The notes beneath the pieces were generated by a model that did no database searches, had not been told where the DNA came from, and saw nothing but the letters and a program-made list of their open reading frames with translations. The translations under genes were made by a program, and so were the position numbers. From positions 1 to 64,000 of the forward strand of contig CBFFRP010000201.1 of NCBI GenBank assembly GCA_965644295.1: 64,000 nt of DNA. Direction: 5' to 3'. Of this stretch, positions 8,285 through 18,153 are shown piece by piece; within the stretch, counting starts at the first letter, position 1, and the number at the start of each line of letters is the position of its first letter. This DNA comes from Paraphysomonas bandaiensis (Eukaryota > Protista > Chrysophyceae).

Positions 8285-11200
8285 TCATTTCGATGAGGAC
8301 ACCAGCCTAGTGACATTTTCGTGATTCTCTTCAGATAACATAGAAATATCTGAATGCTGGAATTTGTCATCAGTAGGCATGATAGTGGTATCCTCCGTCT
8401 CGACACTGCCTTTCATAGCAGATTCCACCGTCTCCTGATTATGAACCTGCATCCCCAATAATATGGGTTGAAGTCGTACAACTAAACGCGGTCTACCCGG
8501 TAGATGGATCCAATCATCGGTATGATTAGAAGCCCATATATAAGGTCTGTTCGCCGTACAAATAGCATCTTCAAATTGTAAGACGGGCTCATTAGCATCA
8601 TCACCTGAATTAATCCTTGCAACCTCTGGCTGAGTCTGTATCCATCCACCTAACGGAGCACCCTTGCCCACTTGAACAGGAATCCGCATCTTAGAATGCG
8701 GTGGGATATGTTTCGATATGCAGACTGCAGCCTTGTGAGGTTGAGGTTTGTTTTCACGGAGATGGCGTGCAACACATTTCTGTACCACAGGGTCCTGAGC
8801 TGATGCCATTTGCGTAACAGTCTCATTCCAGTTGAATTGAGGCATTGCATACTGAATACCATTAGTTTGGAACAACAGCAGTTTATGATCAAACAAGTCA
8901 ATCATTTTGATACGTCGTAATGCATGCCCTCCAAAGATTACATTCATGGAACAATTCGGGATAATTGGTATCCATGCTTTCAACTGAACTTGTTCTTTTG
9001 CATTGTTCAAAAGTGGTGCCTCTCCCGGCAACACTGCCACAGGTAAGACCCGTTGTGCAGTAACAGTGTAGGTAAGACAAGCTCTCCAACTCACAGCGAT
9101 ATCCTGTGAACCTATTCCCCGAATAATGTACCGGTCTCTCTTTGGGATTCGTACTCGCTTAAGATTCAAGAGGGCTGCACACTCTTCGTCGATCAAGGAC
9201 TCCATAGAGCCATGATCCACCTGGTGCCAACCGACTCTCTGTACTGGTTTACCAGTTTCATCAACTGTATCATATAGAACACGAAACATGGATAATGTAT
9301 CTTGAGATTCATCCCTAGGTGTCACAGTGTGCACTAAGTATCGAACTTTTTGTGCAGCATGAACCTTTCGTTTGGGTTTTGATTTTGACTTAGTAGATCG
9401 TGAACCGGAAAGTGAGTCTGTACTGTGAGCAGGTATAGAGTCATCCAGTGTAGAGAAAGAAGAGTCATCATCACTATCCGCCCAATGTACTTGTGGTGTA
9501 CTAGAAACACTTGATGCTATGGAATTGGATTTCTTCCGTTCGCCACCAATGAATGTCGTATGCAAAGCACTCCCTCCATCCCACCGGCTAGTCAAATCCC
9601 GAAATGCTGCCTGAAATTCCTCCTTCTGAGCCGTAGGCAACTGAGACCAAGGTTGGCTATACTTATTCAATCTGGACAACCAAAAATTGTATATTCGATT
9701 CCTTTCAATGTTACGTGGTGTCTCAGACACAAATCCAAGTGGGTCAAATTTCCCATTCGTGATGCGTCGGCATTGAGCGTTGTTAATACTATGTCGAAGG
9801 CCACATCGTGAACATGTAAGCTTCGCAATCTCAATCGGTGTGAGAGATGGTTTGGGTTCCTCGCGTATGCCGGCATGAACTTTGTGATGTCGTCGTAAGC
9901 CTCCCTCACCCTTAGTTGTGTCTGGTTGTTTACTAGATTGGACATCAGGACGTATAATGTATAGCAGCGTTCCCTGCTGGAATTCTTCCTGAATCTCTCG
10001 CCAGATTGATTCTACCTCCTCCCATGATAGACTCCAATTTTCAGTCGACTTCGCCCTTTCAATTTTTGTGATCTTATTGTCGTACGCTGCAACCAACGAT
10101 TTACCCCAAACAGGCTCTTTTCCTACCACTCGGCGCATAGATTCTTCCATCACCTGTGCCGTCTGGCGATCCGGCGTATTATGTTCAACTACCTCTTTTA
10201 GTTCATAATATAGTTGCATAACTGCTGTAGGCGTAGCGAGATCAGGAGCAGCCCAGTCCTCAATCTGTTTGGCACGCTGTTCATTGGTCTGTACGGGACA
10301 ATAATTACGGATAGCCCAATGGCAGAAATGCACCCAACGACGCATCCAAAATTCATATTCAGTGGCTAATTGGCTATCCTCCTGGTCATCCCATATCTCT
10401 GGCACACGATTCAAAGACAACCGTTGCAGTTCCTCTTTAAAGCCGCCCTTAAAACACCAACCATTCTTTGTCTGTATGACCAAATCTTTCAGCCCCATCT
10501 TGGCCTGACGTGCCTTCTGGACAGCAAAACGGAGTCCTCTTTCAATGGGGTATCGATTAGAATGATCTTTCTCTAGACGCATCTTGTCATCAGTCTTCAT
10601 GTAGAGAGTAGGCTCCTTGACTTCTCTTCTCCATGGAGTAGCTTTGGGCAATGCTTTAGACATTAACCGCATGGCTCTAGACGATCGCATTTGGTTACAG
10701 AGCAGTGACCAGTGTTGCTCTCCAATTTGTTGAAGGTGACACCCGAATGCTTGTGCGTCTAGCAGTCTGCCATCTTCAGTTGGATAAATACGGGAATTCG
10801 ATCTTGAACCCCTAGAACTCAACACTCGGGATGTACTTGATCTGGTATCCGCTGACCGACTTCCTCTGCTGACAAAGGAACCCCGACTACCATTGCTGAC
10901 GAAGGAGTGGTATGACTCATCGTCAGAGTCAACGGTCCTCTCTTCCCAAGATCCAAATTTTTTATTTTGCTGACTGAGTTGTTTGCTGAGGAGGTTGCAG
11001 CGCATCATTAGTTGGCTATCGGCCTCCTCCCACATAGTTTCAGCCATGTCTCTTATATCAAGGTATTGGTTCAGCACCATACACAATTCCGCTGTTTCGT
11101 AAATGTGCTCTTCAGCCACTAACTCATGTACATTGTCAAGAACTGTCAGCCTACTTAACCACTCGCGAACATTTGATGGTAATTGCAAGCCGTTTCCTCG

Positions 11201-12355
11201 ATTTAAGACTAGTTGGGCAAGCTGAGAAATATCTTCCGCAGAACTCTCTCTTGCTATTTTCATTTGCTCAAAAAAGTGGTCCTGTAAACGATCAGTGACC
11301 TCAGTAGCTGTACAAGCCATGTAAATCTGCTGCTCCCAATGCTGCAGTGGCTCTGCTATATGAGCGGTGTATCGCTGTCTTGACCATCTGGTGGTATGTA
11401 CCCTCCGTCGATCTGCGTACTGTTGCAGGATGTTAAGAGAAATCTTTAGGTCCATAGGGTCTCTAGCCCCACGATCCAGGTACAAATGCTCCATATATGT
11501 GTCCTCGTTTAGGTCTGGCCGAGGACGCAATCTTCTATGGCCCAATATTATGCACTTCTCTAATGTGTCTGTGGTGGGTCTCTTTGATCTGAGTATCCCC
11601 CTTCTTACTCGGCATCGATAACATAGACCACCCTGAATTTCCATTGAATTTACCTGGTCCTTACAATCGATACATTGATTTTCCGAGCAATAATAACATA
11701 TTCCTCCTGCGGTGAGACGCTTGGGATCTGTGAGTCGCTGACAGATTTGACACCTATCCGCATCTCTACCTAGTTGGTCTGGTCTGCTGGTGTTATATAC
11801 ACCTTGCAATCCAGAGGTGGAATGTAGCACATTGTGTGCCTCATCCCCTGCGTGAGGTAAGGGTGTATAATGACACTCCTTTGCCTCAGCCTCCTTGTTA
11901 CTTTGTTCCTTGAATGGCAAGGGGTCCATATGCAATGGACTATCTCCTGTCGCATCTGCATCAAACGAACAAAAATCATCCTGAGCCCTCAATGGTTGAA
12001 TAGCGTCCTTACCGAATGCGAGAGGTTTTCGGGCTGACAAGGGTACCTCCTCCGGACTACTAAGACGATCCACCAGTTCTGGAACAGTCGTTGCTTGACT
12101 GTCTGCTTCATGAGTTTCTGTCTCTCTAAAGTCGTCACTTTGTTTATTGAGAGATGAAATTTCCTTAAAAAATTGAGACACCAACGTCTCTGATTCGATC
12201 TCAGACAACCCAAATGCCAAGCCTATATCCCGGATTTGATCCTCACTGGCATTGGCAATGGAAGGGTCTAACCCTCCAAGCATAAGCCTGAGGGTCCTTC
12301 TCACTGACTCGAATTTAGTAGACTCTTGTGCGCTATCAAGAGTCTCCTCCTCCAT
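8285..12355 (-). CDS. gag: Gag plus aspartic protease (1356 aa)
   Basis: Lies upstream of pol. CxxC pairs at 11612-11752. Knuckle CSRCGLRHSINNAQC at 9770-9814. Protease-like VDHGSMESLID...IRGIG...VIFGGHAL at about 8918-9235. Confidence 0.85.
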   Translation of the reverse strand: MEEETLDSAQESTKFESVRRTLRLMLGGLDPSIANASEDQIRDIGLAFGLSEIESETLVSQFFKEISSLNKQSDDFRETETHEADSQATTVPELVDRLSSPEEVPLSARKPLAFGKDAIQPLRAQDDFCSFDADATGDSPLHMDPLPFKEQSNKEAEAKECHYTPLPHAGDEAHNVLHSTSGLQGVYNTSRPDQLGRDADRCQICQRLTDPKRLTAGGICYYCSENQCIDCKDQVNSMEIQGGLCYRCRVRRGILRSKRPTTDTLEKCIILGHRRLRPRPDLNEDTYMEHLYLDRGARDPMDLKISLNILQQYADRRRVHTTRWSRQRYTAHIAEPLQHWEQQIYMACTATEVTDRLQDHFFEQMKIARESSAEDISQLAQLVLNRGNGLQLPSNVREWLSRLTVLDNVHELVAEEHIYETAELCMVLNQYLDIRDMAETMWEEADSQLMMRCNLLSKQLSQQNKKFGSWEERTVDSDDESYHSFVSNGSRGSFVSRGSRSADTRSSTSRVLSSRGSRSNSRIYPTEDGRLLDAQAFGCHLQQIGEQHWSLLCNQMRSSRAMRLMSKALPKATPWRREVKEPTLYMKTDDKMRLEKDHSNRYPIERGLRFAVQKARQAKMGLKDLVIQTKNGWCFKGGFKEELQRLSLNRVPEIWDDQEDSQLATEYEFWMRRWVHFCHWAIRNYCPVQTNEQRAKQIEDWAAPDLATPTAVMQLYYELKEVVEHNTPDRQTAQVMEESMRRVVGKEPVWGKSLVAAYDNKITKIERAKSTENWSLSWEEVESIWREIQEEFQQGTLLYIIRPDVQSSKQPDTTKGEGGLRRHHKVHAGIREEPKPSLTPIEIAKLTCSRCGLRHSINNAQCRRITNGKFDPLGFVSETPRNIERNRIYNFWLSRLNKYSQPWSQLPTAQKEEFQAAFRDLTSRWDGGSALHTTFIGGERKKSNSIASSVSSTPQVHWADSDDDSSFSTLDDSIPAHSTDSLSGSRSTKSKSKPKRKVHAAQKVRYLVHTVTPRDESQDTLSMFRVLYDTVDETGKPVQRVGWHQVDHGSMESLIDEECAALLNLKRVRIPKRDRYIIRGIGSQDIAVSWRACLTYTVTAQRVLPVAVLPGEAPLLNNAKEQVQLKAWIPIIPNCSMNVIFGGHALRRIKMIDLFDHKLLLFQTNGIQYAMPQFNWNETVTQMASAQDPVVQKCVARHLRENKPQPHKAAVCISKHIPPHSKMRIPVQVGKGAPLGGWIQTQPEVARINSGDDANEPVLQFEDAICTANRPYIWASNHTDDWIHLPGRPRLVVRLQPILLGMQVHNQETVESAMKGSVETEDTTIMPTDDKFQHSDISMLSEENHENVTRLVSSSK

Positions 12356-13049
12356 AATAATAACAATATAATCAAATCACAATGAACAAATATATGTCTA
12401 CAACTACAATGCTATCTACCAGCAATTTCAAGAGTAAGGAAATTGCATCTTATTATCAATAATATAAATATGTCTACCTACGATTCCGTGATCAATGGAA
12501 TGAACATCATTCATATTCAATACCAAACACATCAGTCTAACACAGTTGATCATAATAACTCATCACAACTGTATAAGGGAAGATACATTCAGTATTCTCT
12601 TTGTAGTTGAAGCCTGGTATTCGTACTCCTTAGTACAATCAATCCCCAATAAGCACTGAAGGAAATACGTAATGTATAACTGTATTACTGGATAATCTGG
12701 CAATACACATCTATCAGCGTGGATATCAAACCCGGAATTCTCCAGTAAACTTCTCCAGCCTTAAAGTCAATATATATATATAATAAGAACATATATATAT
12801 ATCATCCATCATCAGTATCATCATTATGTCTCATTATTGATAATCATGTCTCTCTTTGTCTTTTGAATGATTATGTAAATATCAATAATAAGCATGAATT
12901 GTCATAGTCATAATACATCATATATCTCAGTGTGAGTTATGGTAATAATAATAATATTCAATCTATGTTTGCACAGATAGTATGTACAAACTTAAGCATA
13001 TACAATAGAGAGCTTGTAGAATAGAATAACCTGATAGCTGGTTATTACA
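12174..13049 (-). repeat. 5' LTR (876 bp)
   Basis: Direct repeat of 2773-3648, followed by the CTAG TSD. Includes a TA-rich tract (about 12770-12802) and the gag ATG (12355). Confidence 0.97.
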
Positions 13050-14205
13050 CTAGTACTCTAAGTGTTCCAACTCTTCGTCACTGTCGTCTTCATTCTTATA
13101 ATCGGACAGTCCATCATCGATGACCTGTGAGCCCACTGAAGTATACTGTCAAAGTAAGAAGAACAAACTGTTTCGTCGTCTGTTCACATGCATATTGTAC
13201 GTAATAAATATGAAAGAGATGATGGCCGAATAGTTTGGACCGTATACTGTACAGTGATAGTTTAGTGTAATAGTTTGGGTAGATATGGCGATCATTCTAC
13301 TGGCATCTTACTTTTATTCACTGTTTAGACTGGCTTGCTCTTACAGATTACAAGAAAAACATGTTTGTATGAGAATGACAGATGACAGCATCAATTTAAG
13401 CAGTTTGGAGTTTACTATTTGGTGAGTAGCTTGGCAGAGACAGACAGTACGATTTGAAATATTGAACATGAATTGTGTTCTTCGTTGCAGGTATGTATCA
13501 TAATTGTTCGATGTTTAAATAGTATACCAAATTGCAATATATTTCCATCGCCCCATGATAGTAGATAGAAGATGAGTTAGGTGATTATGAAGAGTAGTTT
13601 ATGATTAATCAAGTATATATTATAAGACACACTAGCATGAGCAATACATATCAATTATCAATATATTGCGAGGCCAGTTTTTTCTAAAATAATAATCAAT
13701 ATATTGTAGCAAGCAGGAATAAATAATTACAATATTTATATTGCAATCCAATATATTTCTGACTGCCCCTGATAATTGATGTTGCTTTGAAATTGGAAGT
13801 GTGTAAATGATTATTCTGTGATGAAATAAACCTAAATAATATTCCTCTTTATGCATTTATTAGATAATGATTTGGATGCAATTTCTACCGAGATTTTAAC
13901 TTTTCAATTTCGAGGAGTTCAACTATAATCAACACTCTAACCCTATTATTTTCAACCAATCTTAATGTATGAAGCAATCCGGACACAATCAAAACGCCTA
14001 TTTTTTTAGTCGCCACCACATAGCAGATACTAAACTTTCTAATCTCAAATTTTTGTATGGTCGCCGTTGTGGTCATTTTCAACTTTCCTTGTGTGAATAT
14101 TCACAGAGGTTGCAATACCACAATATCCCCAGGCACCCGATACAAAACTTCTGCAGCACGAGGAACATCCTATCGATAGGAGATACGCAAGCATAGACAC
14201 AAACG

Positions 14206-15474
14206 TCACTCCGTACATCCTGTAGCACATGCTGTACCTAGAGAACTTTCAAGTGAAAAGCAAGCCATGGTACAGGAAAGGTCAGCCTCAACAATACTGG
14301 ATGACACCGACGTGCGCACATAAATGCCAGCACGAGGAACCTGGATGCGACGAAGAGAGACCGGGGTTTCGATCAGAGTACTTAAGGCAGGCTCATCAGC
14401 GAACATAGTCAAAACAAAGCGCTTTGGTCTAAAGCAGTGTAGCACATTTCTCACGAGGGGGGTGTAACTTGGGAGACTAGCGTTGGTCTCAAAGGATGCG
14501 TAGGAGCATTGGGGCTCCGGGGTGACGTGGATAGTGGAGTACGCGTCATGTAGTATAGCATTCATGGAGTACCCACAGGGTGTGAAAGCGCACGCATCAA
14601 TCGTTGCACCAGGTACCAGCTGGTGAATTCCAGACATTAGCGTCATTTCTTTTCCTGTAATTGTGTCCCTACTTTTGTAAAAAATTGAAGCCACTGCTCT
14701 ATCCATGTCAAACATCATCATGTTAATGGTGATACCTTCCATGGAAGCGGGCAGTGGGAAACTGGGATTTTGTGAGTTTATATCGGGTCTTCTTGAAGAA
14801 ATGCCAGGTACGGACAGGGCCCCATGAGGACTAGGAAGATGATTCGTAGCAGTGCCGTGTGGAAGGTCCGCCACATATACAAACCAGTGATCATCGGTGA
14901 CAGGCCCAAGGATATGTCCAGATCCATTTAGACGGGCCTGCAGCTTCGAGTGAGAGTCCAGGAATTTTATCTCGTCACCGAAATTAGAATGTGGCCATTT
15001 CTGAGCACTGGGGTTATTAAGATTTTTCCGCGAGTATCCTACCCATCGAAGCTCCATGTTTAGGTCGTCGGCGTATTTCAACAGTGAATCTAAACAGTGA
15101 AGCAGTGTCGTGGTTCCACATGTCTTCATAATATAGCGATGCTTGTACACAAAGAGCGATGACTCAGATAAAACGTAAGCATCCACATAGCTACTTGATA
15201 TTTTACTTAGAATGCTACATTTAGCTTCCGTACATAGGAAATCAAGCTGCTGACGGGAAAGTGCGCGGAGGCCACGTTCGTGGCCGACGCCGGGTTGAAA
15301 GCACACCTCCATCGTCTTCTCCGGTCCCTCAAAGCACTCCTGGGAACTGTATTGGCCTTCAGAAGATACAATGATTTGACCCTCATCGTCCGAGCAAGAC
15401 GTAGCACACTCAGGGATTGGACTATATGTGCGATCATATATCTCAATTACATCATTTCTGTTAGTTATACTCAT
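14206..15474 (-). CDS. AMD1: S-adenosylmethionine decarboxylase proenzyme (eukaryotic type)
   Basis: FEGPEK, YVLSESSLFV (E-S autocleavage site), MKTCGTT, FTPCGYSMN, TIHVTPE...SYASFE. First ATG at 15474. The extreme 3' end may include another exon. Confidence 0.93.
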   Translation of the reverse strand: MSITNRNDVIEIYDRTYSPIPECATSCSDDEGQIIVSSEGQYSSQECFEGPEKTMEVCFQPGVGHERGLRALSRQQLDFLCTEAKCSILSKISSSYVDAYVLSESSLFVYKHRYIMKTCGTTTLLHCLDSLLKYADDLNMELRWVGYSRKNLNNPSAQKWPHSNFGDEIKFLDSHSKLQARLNGSGHILGPVTDDHWFVYVADLPHGTATNHLPSPHGALSVPGISSRRPDINSQNPSFPLPASMEGITINMMMFDMDRAVASIFYKSRDTITGKEMTLMSGIHQLVPGATIDACAFTPCGYSMNAILHDAYSTIHVTPEPQCSYASFETNASLPSYTPLVRNVLHCFRPKRFVLTMFADEPALSTLIETPVSLRRIQVPRAGIYVRTSVSSSIVEADLSCTMACFSLESSLGTACATGCTE

Positions 15475-16367
15475 TCGAGGGGATGCAACTCGCGTCTCTG
15501 TTAGAAATACCAGTAAACCCAAGTCGTTAGCCCAGCCAGTTGACCTGCAAGGCAAGAGAATACCGTTAGACAATGTTAAATGCAAACTTTGATGTGTATC
15601 TCACCTATACACAACAATCAATGGCTATTGCAAGCACTTCTTTTCAATCGATCGCTAGTAACCTAAAGCACAATATGCATCATCCCAATACAAAACAATT
15701 CATAAGCAACATCACAACTCACCGACAGTAAAAGAACTTCAGTATTTCAATGCATTCGTTGATTTACTATTGCACTTTAAGACATATGCACTTGGCAGTT
15801 GAATCCGGCGTTACTGATTGGATGGATGGGTCACGAGCTGTATACGGGGACCGTATCTTCAGTGGATACAATGTATTCAGTTCAATTGAGGGGTTTAGAG
15901 CCATAGAATACATATAGAAATACGTACGTGTGTATGTAGATAGAAGGTGTAAACGTACCTGTCGATAGAGTACTATTATACAGTAACGTACACACCACAT
16001 CATGTGCGCGTACCTACAGAGTATGTACAATCTAGACGTACAACTCATAAATACCGTATATGGTACGCCATATACATACATACTCCACAAGTACATACCT
16101 CACATACATCCATCCTATAGGCATTCCGCATCGTGCTGTACATACACACCACCATAAACCATACATACCTCATATACAGTACATACAGCAGTACATCCTA
16201 TTCCACTATACTGCAGTACATCCCCACCACCTCCCCATATATATGTGTATGGTATACGGTATACATGCATCGCATATGCACACCTCACTGTTGGTCATAA
16301 GAAACATTAACATAACATGCAATAACCACACCTCATAGCCTCCCCCTCTCATGACCGATACACCCTA

Positions 16368-18153
16368 ATGTCTTATCTATATCGCATTAATCTTAAGAGA
16401 GTTATAAGTAGTCACATAGGGACTCTACGAGTAGCTAGTCGCAGTCGCTCTACTCGCCATAGATTCAATATCCCTCTAACCTCTGCTGCTATATCTCATG
16501 CTGTACTCTACTTCACATATAATCAACACACTGGTAATAGTGATGTAGCTCTATGTCAACCTCAGACTGTATCAGCCTCACCATCAGCAGTTAAGGCTCC
16601 TGTTAACTCAAGTGTATTGGAAGCTATAAAGAAATCAATTGCTTGGATTGTGGATCTGATTCGACTGCTCATTAGATTAGGTTTACTTGCTTTTCATTTT
16701 AGTCCTGCTGCAGTTACTGCTCCGGCATTACTTATAAACTCTGAGCGCTTTGAGCAGTTCTGGTGGGAACTTGTTCGATCAGGAATTTTTGCTAGTGGTC
16801 CATGCTTGACTAAATTTGCGCAATGGGCAGCGACACGACCAGATATATTTCATCCTCGATTCTGCAAAGAGTTAGAGCATCTTCAGGCACATTCTTACCA
16901 GCACAGTTGGAGAGATACTGTTCGAACTCTGAATGCTGTTTACGGTGAAGACTGGCAAGATGCTCTGCATTTGGATCAACGTAGTGTTACGGGGTCAGGC
17001 TTGATTGCCCAGGTGTACAAAGGAAAATATGTAGACTCTGAGACTGGAGAACACAAAGAAGTTGCTGTGAAAGTTCTCCATCCAGGGGTGCGTAAAGCTA
17101 TGGAAGCAGACCTGGTCGTGATGAGATTTCTCGCGGAGTCCATTGAGACCACAGCCGCATTGATGGCTTGGGTAGGCCGTCTTGGCAGCTCCAACGAGAA
17201 GGAAAATCGTTTAAGCATTTTGGAGACGACTCTTTCCTTGTCTGACAGTGTGGAAGAGTTCAGGGAGATGATGCTTTCACAGCTGGACCTTAGCAATGAA
17301 GGCGACGCCATGTTGAGGTTTAGGCGGAATTTCAGCCAAAGCAAGTGGAAGGACAGGGTCATTTTTGCTGAACCCATTGATTTGAAAAATAGTAAATACG
17401 CAAAGCGCCACCCAGATGTTCTTATTGAAAGCTATCAACATGGACAGCCGATGGCTGATTATTTAACACAACGCGCGGCTGAAGGAATGCGGACGAATCC
17501 TGGATGTGTTACGCCATCTACCAGTTGCGATAAAAGCATTGCTGCTCTTGGTCTGGATATTATTCTTAAAATGGTATGTATGATATTTGCTGTTCCGATT
17601 AATGTGTTCTCACTCTTTACTTCAGATTTTTGAAGACAACTTTATTCATGGTGACCTACACCCTGGCAATCTCTTACTAGCAACGTCTTGTGCTCCAAAG
17701 AAGTCACCAGGTCTTGTTGTGCTAGACACCGGTCTTTGTACAGAACTGCGACCACAGGATCGACAAAATCTTATTTTGTTGTTCAAGGCAGTCCTTGATC
17801 GTGATGGTGCTCGAGTTGGCCGTCTAATGATAGAAAAGTCTCGTTACAAGGATGCCAAGCACAACGTCATTGATGCCGCAGGATTTGAGAAGAGTATGCA
17901 GCAGGTCATTGACGATGCTTTTTGTAATGGCTTGAAGCTCCGTGATCGGGGTGTGAGTGATCTTTTGTCACGAGTACTGAGATTGTGCTATAAACATCGA
18001 GTTAGGTTAGAGAGTGGATTTGCATCTGTTGTCCTCTCTATAGGAGTCGTGGAAGGACTTGGAATGCAATTGGATCCTGAAGTAGATGTTATATCACGTG
18101 CAGCGCCGTTTATTCTTCGAGCAGCGGCGAATGACTGTTTAGCTAGTTCATAA
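16368..18153 (+). CDS. ABC1/UbiB/ADCK atypical kinase (ADCK2-like), 2 exons
   Basis: GPCLTKFAQWAATRPD, GSGLIAQVY, VAVKVLHP, HGDLHPGN, LDTG, VEGLGMQLDP. GT-AG intron at 17574-17625. Confidence 0.9.

Larger units (their letters stand above)
2773..13049 (-). mobile_element. Full-length Ty3/Gypsy LTR retrotransposon (10,277 bp) with SET-domain Pol
   Basis: Direct 876-bp LTRs at a constant 9401-bp offset with TG...CA termini. CTAG flanks both ends (2769-2772, 13050-13053). A PPT is present. Domain order is Gag-PR-RT-RH-(SET)-IN, the Gypsy order. Confidence 0.97.

Noticed and set aside
8285-8287. UGA as selenocysteine
   Set aside because: No SECIS-like AUGA/GA motif in the short 3' region, and the position is a linker rather than a catalytic site.
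13050-13146. Exon-like acidic fragment (YTSVGSQVIDDGLSDYKNEDDSDEELEHLEY*) ending at the TSD
   Set aside because: It has a plausible acceptor site, but no convincing upstream exons or homology, so an interrupted gene cannot be supported.
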